DNA of 64,000 nt from Candidatus Poribacteria bacterium (GCA_965242965.1 OZ251518.1:4512001-4576000); one strand, 5' to 3'; numbered from the stretch's first letter, positions 39,368 through 49,384 are shown. The notes: a model not told the origin generated them from the letters alone. A program made the numbers and translations.

Positions 39368-40558
39368 TTAAATTTCTCGGCCGTCGTCTGGGACAATCAC
39401 GCTTTTTTCTAGTTTCTCAACATACTCTTGGTTAATGATACCTTCGCCGGCCTGGAGAAACAGATTATCGTGAAAAGCAGCATTGAGCACGTTGCCGCAT
39501 TGTTTGTGGATGTTGCCAGTGGTGCGTAACTCTAAACCCTCCAGAAGCACGCGCAGTGCCTCTTCCTCGAAGGGATAAGTTTGCGGAAGTGTCTCCAATC
39601 GCGGCGTTTGGAGACGGTACTTGCGATGGTTGAGGCGTTCTGTAACATAGTGAATCGCTTCATCAACCGTCAACCCTTGGAAATAGACGACATCGGTAAT
39701 ACGCTCTGGCAAGCCGCGCCCTAAAACGAGCGTAATAACGTTGCGGTACACTCTAGAGCAGACGAGATCTGTCCGCAGAAACACCGTGAAGAAATGCGGA
39801 AGCCGATCGATTAGGTCCCGGATTCCTTGTGTTAGTTCGCGAAACGGTACCCGATCTACACAGAGCAGATTCTCCAGTTCGTCAATCCAGAGGCAAACAC
39901 GCGCGTGCCGGTGAATGTCAAGGCTCGGGTCTAAACCGATAAGGCACTGTATCACCCCCGCCAGCACTCGGAACCGATCTTGCCTTTTGATGTTCCGGGC
40001 GATGCCGAGTTCCCGCAATTCGGTGCGGGAACTACCCTCTAGGAAATAGTTACGCAATAAAGTTGGCTTCGCGTCTGATTCCTCTGTCCCCAGTAACCAA
40101 AAAGCACGCGCGAGTTCTTCACCGCCAAGCACTTTGTGAAGAGTTGCCCACGCTTCTGCCTTGGGTAACTCACCGATGGCATCGCGGACAATTTCCCGAA
40201 CGCGCGTCATGCCGAGCGTATCAAGGAAATCCGTGTAAAAATCATTGACAGCGTCCTCAATCTGCATCGGAACGCGCAGATGGATGGCACGAAACCGTTC
40301 GCCCTCGCTAAAAAATGGCGGTAAGGCACCTTGATACTTAAAGCGGGACGAGGCATAAGCCTGCCCCTCAGCACGGGGCGCACGGAAAAGAACAACCTGC
40401 GGATGAGAGGACAAGGTTGCTTCCCGCAAGATTTTGGAAAACTGCCGATCCAATTTCTCCATGCCTTCACAGGTGACGTGTTTGGCACCCGGTAGCACGG
40501 TAAAGTCAAAGGGGTTCGCTTTTAGAAAAGCCAAACTCCAGTCCCATTTCTGAAACAT
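39368..40558 (-). CDS. P-loop NTPase-fold protein (AAA+-like) with degenerate Walker A
   Basis: NPF N-terminal motif, Walker B-like LWIDELE, C-terminal YPFEEEAL; Walker A position reads EGQAYA; ATG 40558 follows AGGAG. Confidence 0.6.
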   Translation of the reverse strand: MFQKWDWSLAFLKANPFDFTVLPGAKHVTCEGMEKLDRQFSKILREATLSSHPQVVLFRAPRAEGQAYASSRFKYQGALPPFFSEGERFRAIHLRVPMQIEDAVNDFYTDFLDTLGMTRVREIVRDAIGELPKAEAWATLHKVLGGEELARAFWLLGTEESDAKPTLLRNYFLEGSSRTELRELGIARNIKRQDRFRVLAGVIQCLIGLDPSLDIHRHARVCLWIDELENLLCVDRVPFRELTQGIRDLIDRLPHFFTVFLRTDLVCSRVYRNVITLVLGRGLPERITDVVYFQGLTVDEAIHYVTERLNHRKYRLQTPRLETLPQTYPFEEEALRVLLEGLELRTTGNIHKQCGNVLNAAFHDNLFLQAGEGIINQEYVEKLEKSVIVPDDGREI

Positions 40559-40700
40559 TGTCAATCTCCTTTTTTGCTTGCAATGAGTGCGGCAATGAGG
40601 AGCATGTCTCCGCAACTGCCGCCGATTTATCGTTTTCAACTTTATATATATTAACACATCTGATTAGCGGATGTCAACTGAATTCCGAAAATTTTAAAAT

Positions 40701-40729
40701 TTGGCATTTTTCGCGAAATATGCTATTAT
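40701..40729 (+). promoter_or_regulatory. Promoter of dndCDE with a palindrome in the spacer
   Basis: TTGGCA-17-TATTAT; GCATTTTTCGCGAAATATGC is an 18/20 palindrome; divergent TTGACA-18-TAATAT on the minus strand at 40648-40677. Confidence 0.5.
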
Positions 40730-40828
40730 ATACTTAGAATCCGAAATCACAGTCTTTTGAAACAAATTTTCTGCTCAAGTCGTTATATCTAATTTAGGGG
40801 ACTTTCCTTAGAAAGGGACATTTAACTC

Positions 40829-42235
40829 ATGGGAACCGAGACATCCTACAGCATCTTCAATACGCGCACGCTTGCCCAGGTCTATCGCGAAATTCAAGAG
40901 GTCTATCTTGAAAACGCGCGCCCCTGGGTCATCGGGTACAGCGGTGGAAAAGACTCAACGACAGCACTCCAACTCGTTTGGTATGCTCTCGCGGAACTGC
41001 CGGCCGAAGAACGGAAGTATCCGGTTTACGTGATTTCATCCGACACCCTCGTTGAAACGCCGGTGATCGTTAGTTATATCACCGGCACGCTGGCGCGAAT
41101 CGAAGCGCATGCGAGCGAACAACAGATGCCCTTTCACACCGAACTCGTTCGGCCGAAGACGGAGGATACCTTCTGGGTTAACCTCATCGGGAAGGGCTAC
41201 CCGGCACCCTACTCACGCTTCCGATGGTGCACCGACCGGCTCAAAATACAGCCGGCGAATCGGTTCATCATAGAAAAAGCCTCGGAATACGGCGAGGTTA
41301 TCCTCGTGCTCGGTTCACGGAAAGGGGAGAGTGCCACCCGCGATCAGGTGTTGAGTCTGCATCGTCTCAAAGATTCGTTGCTGTCACGGCATACCACACT
41401 GCCGAACGCTTACGTCTATACGCCCATCGTCGATTTCGGGTTGAACGATGTTTGGATGTATCTGCTCAGCAATCCGCCGCCGTGGGGAGGGGATAACAAG
41501 CAGCTCGTCACGCTTTATCGAAACGCCAACGCGCAAGGCGAATGCCCACTCGTCGTTGACGAGACTACGCCTTCCTGCGGAAATAGCCGATTCGGATGTT
41601 GGACCTGCACGGTTGTCTCCAAAGACCGGTCCATGGAAGGCCTCATTGACAACGGCGAAGAGTGGATGTTGCCGCTGCTAGAATTTCGAGACTTCCTCGC
41701 CGAAACACAAGACCCCGAGCGGAAGGCGGATATTCGGGAACATAGACGGCGGAATGGGAAAATCACGTTCGTGGGAGAGAAACTGATTCGCGGCCCCTAT
41801 ACGCTGGAATTCTGCAAGAAGTTGTTGAGGCGACTCCTTAAAACCCAGCAGCAGGTCCGCGAAGAGGGGCCAGACCAGAACCTCCAACTCATCACGGATG
41901 CTGAATTGGAAGAGATTCGCAACATCTGGCGAACCGAACGTTCGGATTGGGAAGATGCGGTGCCGCAGATTTACAAAGAAGTTGTCGGTGAGCGCGAGTG
42001 GATTGTTGACGATACAACATCCTTCACCGCGGCGGATAAGCAACTCCTGGCCGCAGTCTGCGATGAAACCGGCGTTCCCGTTGAACTCGTCGCGAAATTA
42101 TTGGATACCGAGCAGCAGATGGATGGCATGCTGCGGCGTGCGGGGATTCATTCCCGCATTGATGCAATTTTTCATGAAGACTGGCACTCGGAAGCTGAGG
42201 CACGCGCCGAATTAGACGCGCGTGATGGACAATGA
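40829..42235 (+). CDS. dndC: DNA phosphorothioation sulfurtransferase DndC
   Basis: PWVIGYSGGKDS (PP-loop), SDTLVE, GKGYPAP, RWCTDRLKI, ECPLV, SCGNSRFGCWTC. Confidence 0.97.
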   Translation: MGTETSYSIFNTRTLAQVYREIQEVYLENARPWVIGYSGGKDSTTALQLVWYALAELPAEERKYPVYVISSDTLVETPVIVSYITGTLARIEAHASEQQMPFHTELVRPKTEDTFWVNLIGKGYPAPYSRFRWCTDRLKIQPANRFIIEKASEYGEVILVLGSRKGESATRDQVLSLHRLKDSLLSRHTTLPNAYVYTPIVDFGLNDVWMYLLSNPPPWGGDNKQLVTLYRNANAQGECPLVVDETTPSCGNSRFGCWTCTVVSKDRSMEGLIDNGEEWMLPLLEFRDFLAETQDPERKADIREHRRRNGKITFVGEKLIRGPYTLEFCKKLLRRLLKTQQQVREEGPDQNLQLITDAELEEIRNIWRTERSDWEDAVPQIYKEVVGEREWIVDDTTSFTAADKQLLAAVCDETGVPVELVAKLLDTEQQMDGMLRRAGIHSRIDAIFHEDWHSEAEARAELDARDGQ

Positions 42236-44244
42236 TTATCCATAAACTTTCCCTCAACAACTTCGGCTTGTTTCGCGGGCGGCAGACCCTTCCGTTGACA
42301 CCAAACGGCACCGGGCCTGTTATCCTCATCGGTGGCATGAATGGTGCTGGTAAAACGACGCTGTTAGAAGCAGTGCGCCTCTGTTTATATGGGCGGCGGG
42401 CCCTCGGGAACCGGGTAGGGCAAAGTGAATATCACGACTACCTCTTCAACATGATTCATCGGAACCCACATTCGGTGGTGCCGTTGAACCACGCCGCTGT
42501 GTCGCTTGAATTTGAGTATACCCGCGGTGGCGAGAAAAAACGATATCGGGTTGAACGCTCTTGGGAGCATCACGGTGGAAAACACCCTACGGTTCGGGAA
42601 GGCTTGACTTTCCATGAAAATGACTGGCCAAGTCCCGAAATTGACGAAGGACATTGGCAGGATTACATCAACGAACTCATCCCAATCGGCGTGTCTCAAT
42701 TCTTCTTTTTCGATGGAGAGGACATCCAGAAATTAGCGGATGATTCCACCCACAATGGCTCTCTCGCCGAGTCCATTAAAGCGTTGCTCGGGCTCAATCT
42801 CGTTGAGCGGCTGCAATCGGATCTGCGTATCTACTCAAATCGCCTCGTTAAACAAGCGAGTCCCGAACCGGTGCAGGAAGAAATCGATGCAGCGGAATCA
42901 GAGGTTGCTGTCCTTACCGCAGAGCTCGCGAAGGCAAACGCGAAAAAAGATTCTCTCCAGGTCCGCATTGGAAAGTTATCTGGGGAAATAGCGCAACAAG
43001 AAGCACGGATTGCCGCTGAAGGCGGCGGCTATGCCAAAAAACGCGACATACTGAAACTTCAGCAGCAGCAGTGCCAGACAGAGGTTGAGAAGGCAGAGGA
43101 CGATATTCGCGAGATGTGCAACGGTCTGTTTCCTTTCAGCCTCGCACCGAAACTTCTTAGGGACTTCAAGGAACAGCTCCTTAAAGAAATCGAATTAGAT
43201 GAGTGGGAAGCGAAAAATCGCGCGCTAACTGAACAGAACACCGCGGTGCTTGAAACCCTTGAATCTGGTGATTTTTGGGAGGATGTCTCTCTATCGGGGG
43301 AACAAATCACGGATATTCGCGCCAAACTTGCGCCGCTGCTCCAGACACAATTTGAGCGTCCTGAATCGTTGCGCGGTTTCACAAAACTCCGGGACCGGTC
43401 TCCATCGGAACGCCAGAAATTGTTAAAATGGATTGATGCTTGTCTCAATGAAATTCCTCAACAAGCGAGGAAATTGTTCAAAGCACTGAGAACGGCAAAA
43501 TCGGAACTAGAAAAAGTAGAACAGGCTCTTCAGAGAGTGCCATCCGACGAACTCCTGAAACCGCTGATTGAGAAACTCTCGGCGTTAAATCAGACACTCG
43601 GCCAGTTGCAAAAACAGGAACAAGATGCGGACAAATCCGTCCGGTCTTTAATGCATCGACTTGCAGAGGCAGAACGAAAATTGGAAAAGTTGTATCACGC
43701 TGAACAACGCGGGCGCGAACACCTCCAACGTCAACATCGCGTGAGCAACGTGCAATCGGTGCTTTCCACCTACACAACGCGACTCACCGAGACGAAGATT
43801 TTGGCATTAGGAAATGCGATAGTCAAGGGATTCAACCAGCTCTCTCACAAGCCGGATAGAATCAAACGGGTTGAGATACACCCGCGAACGTTTGCGGTAA
43901 CGCTCTACGATACCCGCAGTCAGCCCATCACCAAGGACGAATTATCGGCGGGTGAAAAGCAGATTTACACTACCGCGCTGTTATGGGGGTTGGCGAAAAC
44001 CTCCGGCAAGGCACTGCCGATGATTCTTGACACGCCTTTGGGCCGTTTGGATAGTGATCATCGCCACCTGCTAATTGAGCAGTATTTTCCTTATGTCAGT
44101 CACCAAGTGGTGTTGCTCTCAACTGATACGGAAGTTGATGAGCACTTCTGCACGCTGTTGAAACCGCACACCTCGCATACGTTTCATCTGGCGTATCAGC
44201 ATGCGGAAGCTTGCACCACAGTTGAAAACGGCTATTTTGGGTAA
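42232..44244 (+). CDS. dndD: DNA sulfur modification ATPase DndD (SMC-like)
   Basis: GGMNGAGKTT, FFFDGE, coiled coil, LSAGEKQ, LDTPLGRLD, YFPYVSHQVVLLSTDTE; ATGA coupling to dndC. Confidence 0.96.
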   Translation: MIIHKLSLNNFGLFRGRQTLPLTPNGTGPVILIGGMNGAGKTTLLEAVRLCLYGRRALGNRVGQSEYHDYLFNMIHRNPHSVVPLNHAAVSLEFEYTRGGEKKRYRVERSWEHHGGKHPTVREGLTFHENDWPSPEIDEGHWQDYINELIPIGVSQFFFFDGEDIQKLADDSTHNGSLAESIKALLGLNLVERLQSDLRIYSNRLVKQASPEPVQEEIDAAESEVAVLTAELAKANAKKDSLQVRIGKLSGEIAQQEARIAAEGGGYAKKRDILKLQQQQCQTEVEKAEDDIREMCNGLFPFSLAPKLLRDFKEQLLKEIELDEWEAKNRALTEQNTAVLETLESGDFWEDVSLSGEQITDIRAKLAPLLQTQFERPESLRGFTKLRDRSPSERQKLLKWIDACLNEIPQQARKLFKALRTAKSELEKVEQALQRVPSDELLKPLIEKLSALNQTLGQLQKQEQDADKSVRSLMHRLAEAERKLEKLYHAEQRGREHLQRQHRVSNVQSVLSTYTTRLTETKILALGNAIVKGFNQLSHKPDRIKRVEIHPRTFAVTLYDTRSQPITKDELSAGEKQIYTTALLWGLAKTSGKALPMILDTPLGRLDSDHRHLLIEQYFPYVSHQVVLLSTDTEVDEHFCTLLKPHTSHTFHLAYQHAEACTTVENGYFG

Positions 44245-44250
44245 GGCACA

Positions 44251-44616
44251 ATGCAATTAAACCGAATTCACATTTCCGAAGATTCACGTCATAAGTTGAG
44301 CGTTTTGAAGGCGCGCACTGGGTTGTTACCCAACGTCCTCTGCCGGCTTGGGTTAACGCTTTCCCTTGAGGAATCCAACGAGCCAACCCTTGATGCTGAT
44401 GCGACGGATGGCTCAGAGTTTAACCGCTTTACCTTGATGGGGGAGTGGGATCCGTTGATTGTGGGACTCGTGGAGAGACGCTGTGCTTCCAACGGAAACG
44501 GCACAGACAACGGCGCGCTTGTTAAATACTTCCGCGCGCATCTGAACCGGGGGGTAGTTTTGCTTTACGGCCGCGTGAGAGGATTAGAAGACTTGACGAA
44601 CCTTCTTCCAGAATAG
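44251..44616 (+). CDS. dndE: DNA sulfur modification protein DndE
   Basis: 121 aa; LKARTGLLPNVLCR, EFNRFTLMGE, FRAHLNRG; position after dndD. Confidence 0.93.
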   Translation: MQLNRIHISEDSRHKLSVLKARTGLLPNVLCRLGLTLSLEESNEPTLDADATDGSEFNRFTLMGEWDPLIVGLVERRCASNGNGTDNGALVKYFRAHLNRGVVLLYGRVRGLEDLTNLLPE

Positions 44617-44696
44617 TATTACTTTTTGCGAATTTCCATAACTACTCAGAAAAAGAATCAGATGTACGATAAATTCACTTGCCACACAGGGCATTG

Positions 44697-45179
44697 TTAC
44701 CAAACATCCGAGATTAAACTTTTGTATGGATCCCAATTCAAAAGTAAATCCACCAAGTTTGTGATTCTGTCGCCAGGCATATCTTCAACCTGATTCTGAA
44801 CCTCTATAATTCCACCGTTGGCGTATTCTTCCGCGATAGTTAGGATCTCCTCTTGATCTGTCAATATGTCAATGTCGCCAGTCACAGTGAGTGCTAATGC
44901 CCGAAGTAGTGGAACATCCGTATCGTGTGAAAATTGAGCCCAAGCGAAAATCATTTCTTTATCTTTTCCGAGCGGTACCCGCTTTTTCTCGTGGTAACCT
45001 ATGAAGGCAGCGAGCATGAAAATATTTTTCATGGACTCAAACGGGGGTAAATCTTCCTGACCTGCGTTTTCTCTCGATTTCGTCAGGGCGACGTAGATTG
45101 AATGATGGGACTTGTCAATCCGGATGCGATCTCGAGCTCTGGATTGTGGATTTCTACGTTCCTCAGTGTTATCTAGCAT
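44697..45179 (-). CDS. pbeD: Dnd-associated small protein (dnd-associated protein 4 / PbeD-like)
   Basis: FMLAAFIGY...RVPL, ALAL, EEYANGG; last gene of the helicase-ATPase operon. Confidence 0.72.
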   Translation of the reverse strand: MLDNTEERRNPQSRARDRIRIDKSHHSIYVALTKSRENAGQEDLPPFESMKNIFMLAAFIGYHEKKRVPLGKDKEMIFAWAQFSHDTDVPLLRALALTVTGDIDILTDQEEILTIAEEYANGGIIEVQNQVEDMPGDRITNLVDLLLNWDPYKSLISDVW

Positions 45180-45196
45180 CGTATTATCCTCTCCTC

Positions 45197-47161
45197 CTAA
45201 ATTTCTTCAATGGTGGTTGTCTTCGTCTGCGGATTGAATTTCAATTCATATTCTGCACCGATTCGAGGCTTAAGGTTTGCCTTTGCTTCTGGACGCAATT
45301 CCTCATCAGTCACGAATAGGACTAGCTGCTTGGCAATATCAGGAAGGATTACCGTTATGTTTTTCCTATGTTCGCTGGAAAGCCTGCCGAAAGGCGTATC
45401 CATTACAATCGGAAATGGTTCCTCCTTCAGTTGAGGGATCGTTTTCTGAACAGCTACCTTTGCCATTGCGGCGATGAAAGCGAGGCTGAGGACCTGACGT
45501 TGCCCCGCAGAAAGTTCAGGCAGTACGTCCGCGCCATTTTCGTCGATCACCTGAAGTTGGTAATTTTCGCTCAGACGAACATGGGCAAAATGATCGCCGT
45601 TCCACACCAAACGTTTGAAAATTTGCCCAACTTCCACTTGGACTTGCTCACGTATCTCTTTTGAGAATATAGCGTAAATCGTCTTCATCGCGGTCGACGC
45701 ATCGCTGGCAAGTTTCCAAAATCTTTTTAGTTCTTCGGCTTTGGCGTTTGAATCCGTTTCAGTGCTGATTTGCTGCTCTTGCTTAGCTATGCCTTGGTTG
45801 ATTTCCAGGATTCTCCCCTTAGTTTCGTTTATCACTTCTTCTAATTTGGGGATTTTCGCTTCATATTCCTTGCGCCGTTCTTCTAAGGCACGGGCTTCAT
45901 CATGATCTAGATTTTCCAATTCGCGTCTAATGTTTTTTAAACGCGTTTCCTTCGCCTTTATATCTCGATCTAATTGTTCCGCCTTCCCCAAAACCAATTT
46001 TAAATTAGTTGGAAGGTTCCCTACTCGATCTTGCACTAAAAGGTTCAGATCATAAGTTTCCCGCGCGACATGTCCCAAGTCTGATGAAACAGATTGATTA
46101 AGAAGGTTACGGATAGTTTGAAACTCTGGGCTTCGATTGTCGATAGGTCTGCCACAGAGGCAACGCATCTCATTAAGAAGATCGCTAAGAAGTCCTGCAG
46201 GAATTCCTCTCTGGACTTCCGCCAAAATTTCCAATGCCTCATCAATAGCAGGTTTTGCTAACGCGATAAAGCCTTGATTAGCCAAACTCCGAATTTTTTC
46301 TTGGATTTCCGCTTTTTGGTGCTGAAACTGCTCTAGTTCTGCCTCAATTGCTTTACGTTTGTTGACAAGCATGCGTAATCCCTTGATGTCTTCCAGACGT
46401 TCGTCAATCTCCCGCTTTTGCTGCTTGGCAAGTGTCAATTCTTCCTGAGAACTCGCTATAACATCTGACAATTTGTCACGGGATGCTTCTTTCGCTGCTT
46501 TTTCATTGAGCAAAGCCTTTAGTTTGCCTGAGGCATGCTTCCTCGCTTCCCGCTGGTACTCACCGGTAATGTCTTCTAAATGTTTCATGCCGCGGGCAAC
46601 CTCTTCAATTTTTAAGACATTGCGCACAGCACTCTCAACTTCCTTTTTGCGTTCTGGCCTCGTGAAGTTGTTAATCTTCTCGCCATCAAAAAAGAAGTGA
46701 ACACTCACATCCTCAGGCATTATTGAACTAATCCAGGCTGATGCTTCGTCATCACTGAATTCGCGAAACTTGATTATTTCTAAGGAAAAGGGTGTTTCAA
46801 TCCGCGGATACAGTGTTTCTCCTACCGATAAATGCCTATGAATTTTCCGTTTGGCACAGAATTCGACTTCCTGGTCAGGAAACATTCCTTGATAAGTAAA
46901 ACGAAGTTCTACCGAGGTTACCACGTTTTCTCCCTCTGCAAGAGCACGCCTATTCACCAATTCGCCAATCTGTCCGATGTTTTTCTCAACAAATTTGTCG
47001 CCGTATAAACACCAGTTGATAGCAGTAAAGAGGGAGGTTTTCCCCGCGCCATTAACACCGTGAATAACCGTAACATGACGGTCGTCACTGGTAGCGAAAT
47101 TAATGGTGTGTTCCCCATAGTACTGCCGAAAATTTTTCAATGTTATGCTGCTAAGCTTCAT
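45197..47161 (-). CDS. pbeC: SMC/Rad50-like ATPase (PbeC-like, DndD paralog)
   Basis: MKLSSITLKNFRQYYG, GVNGAGKTS, FFFDGE, CLCG hook-like motif, LSAGQ, MDTPFGRL; ATG at 47161. Confidence 0.78.
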   Translation of the reverse strand: MKLSSITLKNFRQYYGEHTINFATSDDRHVTVIHGVNGAGKTSLFTAINWCLYGDKFVEKNIGQIGELVNRRALAEGENVVTSVELRFTYQGMFPDQEVEFCAKRKIHRHLSVGETLYPRIETPFSLEIIKFREFSDDEASAWISSIMPEDVSVHFFFDGEKINNFTRPERKKEVESAVRNVLKIEEVARGMKHLEDITGEYQREARKHASGKLKALLNEKAAKEASRDKLSDVIASSQEELTLAKQQKREIDERLEDIKGLRMLVNKRKAIEAELEQFQHQKAEIQEKIRSLANQGFIALAKPAIDEALEILAEVQRGIPAGLLSDLLNEMRCLCGRPIDNRSPEFQTIRNLLNQSVSSDLGHVARETYDLNLLVQDRVGNLPTNLKLVLGKAEQLDRDIKAKETRLKNIRRELENLDHDEARALEERRKEYEAKIPKLEEVINETKGRILEINQGIAKQEQQISTETDSNAKAEELKRFWKLASDASTAMKTIYAIFSKEIREQVQVEVGQIFKRLVWNGDHFAHVRLSENYQLQVIDENGADVLPELSAGQRQVLSLAFIAAMAKVAVQKTIPQLKEEPFPIVMDTPFGRLSSEHRKNITVILPDIAKQLVLFVTDEELRPEAKANLKPRIGAEYELKFNPQTKTTTIEEI

Positions 47162-47321
47162 GTGCTTTGACCTCTTCTTGAATAATTCGGCGGATTTCAA
47201 GTTTGATTCCTTGAGGCTTCCTCATGTCCAATTTTTGGAGCTCTGCCTCAAGAACCTTCTCAATTACATTCCTTACTTGGGGTGGTAGAGTCTGTTTGAA
47301 CTCTTCTATTCCGTTTTTCAT
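47151..47321 (-). CDS. Small 56-aa protein (PbeB-like by position), not in the ORF track
   Basis: MKNGIEEFKQTLPPQVRNVIEKVLEAELQKLDMRKPQGIKLEIRRIIQEEVKAHEA*; ATGA overlap with the helicase stop, GGAGG upstream, overlaps the ATPase start. Confidence 0.72.
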   Translation of the reverse strand: MKNGIEEFKQTLPPQVRNVIEKVLEAELQKLDMRKPQGIKLEIRRIIQEEVKAHEA

Positions 47322-49384
47322 TCAGAGCCTCCCAGTACACCCAACAGATTGTACCCTTTAGCGACTTCCCAAATCCTACTACGGGCATGAAACGGATTCA
47401 GGGCCATTCCGGCGAATTCGTTAAACCTCTTCAGTTCCCGTGCAACAATTTTACGCTCAGCGGCAAACGTTGCACTGGGATACTGCCGGTACGCCTGAGG
47501 CGGAACCGCGACGAGGTCATGTATCTCAGCGTGTTCTTTACCGGGGGCTTTCCGGAGAATTCGCCCGCGTCGTTGGATAAACTCCCTCGGATTGCTGCTG
47601 CTCGCGAGGATATAGGCGGTTTGCGTGCTCGGCACGTCAACCCCTTCATCTAGACACTTCATCGCTACTAGTGCCTGGAGGTGTCCCGATGCGAACATCT
47701 CCAACAATTCTCGCCGTTCAGTTGTGGATTCCTCTGCGGTAAATTTGGCAATGCGCAAGCCCAAATCGGTGAGCATCGGAAGTACTGAGTCAATTTGCCC
47801 AGGGGCACAGTAAAATAGCGCGTGATGAAGAGGCTCGTTTCTGTCCTCTAGCAGCTGCTCTAACACCTGCAACTTGTTTTCTGCTTTATTCAGCAGTGTT
47901 GCCCGTTTTATCAGTAACCTTTCAAGAGCCTCATTAGGCTCGTCGGTATTTGCGTGACGATACAGTCGCGCGATTCTATCGGTGAGGTTTTTGTACTCGT
48001 CAAGTTCCTCATCTGTCAATTCGACGAGATGGGGATAATAACAGTAGGGACAAAGACAACCTTCTTCGATCGCTTTGCGAAGAGAAAATTCGTAAACGGT
48101 TTCCCTAAAATATCTCTTGAGAGCAGCAGTCCCTTCATTGTCAAACCACCGGTTGGGCGTTGCCGACAAACCGAGCCGGTAATCGAAAACTTCCGGAAGT
48201 TTCTGTCGACTCTGAGTTGCTCCAAGATGATGAACTTCGTCGGCGACGAAAACGGCGGCACGTTTCAACTTGGAAAGCAGTTTCTGCATAGTGTCAGCGA
48301 TGAAGGTGCTATGCGTCGTAATGGTACACACAACGTCGCAAACCTGCCAATTGTATCGCATCAAGGCAGTATTGAATTGAGGCACCCACCGCACAGAACT
48401 TTCATAAGCCACTATCGGTTCAAATCCGAATTGTTCGGCTTCCTTGCGCCACTGGTTAACAAGATGCTTGTACGGACAAGCGATGAGAACAAACAGCGTA
48501 GCCTTTTCCTCCTTGAGTTTGGCAAGGGCAGCCAAAGCTGTGATTGTCTTTCCTGTCCCTGTCGCCATTTCCCACAAGCCACGGCAACCGTTTGCAAACC
48601 ATGCATCAATTGCTTCCTGTTGGTATGCTCTCAGGACCAGACCTCTCGGCAAATAAGCCTCTTCGGGCTCAACTACTACCGGTGAATCTGGGGATGGCAT
48701 TGTGTCGTAAACTAGTTGAGGACTTAAAAGCTCCTCTGCCAACGCTGTTGGAAAATCTACAACAGCCAACGTATCCGTTGCATTATTCCATAAACGCCTA
48801 AAATTGTCAACCTTTTGTTGAACGCGTTGCTGCGTATCCTCCGACGAGAGATAAACATCAATGGATTCAAAATTGCTCAGCAACCCACCGACAGTTTCAT
48901 TTAGCGACCCGGCGAATGCCACAGCGTTGTCGGTATCGTCTAAAAATATACCGAGCTTTTCGTGGTAAATCGCCCGTGGGTTTATTTCGCTTGCATCCGC
49001 TGTGCAAGCAATTTTGATATCCAAATGCCTATGCGCGATGAGCCACGTTAGCAATGCCAACCGATCTCGCGCAATTGTCTGAAACTCGCTTTCAGAGAAC
49101 CCTGCCAAAAATTGTGCATTTCTGGCCTCATAGCCGCGTTGGATTGCCTCAATATCATCCCTCGCTAAGCAGGGACCGGTTACCAGCCGCATTTTTCCGC
49201 TGCGCCGAATGAAGGTTGCTAGTCCTTTGGCATAGAGTGCGAGCCCACCACTGGTGAAATACCCAACAGCGCGCCAGTACCGCGTGGCATGACGCAGGCA
49301 CGGCGTGTAAAAATCCGCGACGAGGTCTGCACCATCCGAACGATATTCAGACCTGAGTGTAAGTTCTCTGAGTGACATAGACAT
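47318..49384 (-). CDS. pbeA: PLD-like nuclease + SF2 helicase, Dnd-associated restriction protein (PbeA-like)
   Basis: RAVGYFTS, YHEKLGIF...AGSLNET, MATGTGKT, DEVHH, GLSATP, LDEGVDVP, QRRGR. Confidence 0.85.
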   Translation of the reverse strand: MSMSLRELTLRSEYRSDGADLVADFYTPCLRHATRYWRAVGYFTSGGLALYAKGLATFIRRSGKMRLVTGPCLARDDIEAIQRGYEARNAQFLAGFSESEFQTIARDRLALLTWLIAHRHLDIKIACTADASEINPRAIYHEKLGIFLDDTDNAVAFAGSLNETVGGLLSNFESIDVYLSSEDTQQRVQQKVDNFRRLWNNATDTLAVVDFPTALAEELLSPQLVYDTMPSPDSPVVVEPEEAYLPRGLVLRAYQQEAIDAWFANGCRGLWEMATGTGKTITALAALAKLKEEKATLFVLIACPYKHLVNQWRKEAEQFGFEPIVAYESSVRWVPQFNTALMRYNWQVCDVVCTITTHSTFIADTMQKLLSKLKRAAVFVADEVHHLGATQSRQKLPEVFDYRLGLSATPNRWFDNEGTAALKRYFRETVYEFSLRKAIEEGCLCPYCYYPHLVELTDEELDEYKNLTDRIARLYRHANTDEPNEALERLLIKRATLLNKAENKLQVLEQLLEDRNEPLHHALFYCAPGQIDSVLPMLTDLGLRIAKFTAEESTTERRELLEMFASGHLQALVAMKCLDEGVDVPSTQTAYILASSSNPREFIQRRGRILRKAPGKEHAEIHDLVAVPPQAYRQYPSATFAAERKIVARELKRFNEFAGMALNPFHARSRIWEVAKGYNLLGVLGGSE

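Noticed and set aside
39368-49384. dndA, dndB or dndFGH genes
   Set aside because: No cysteine desulfurase motifs, no DGQHR motif and no DndFGH-like architecture are present.
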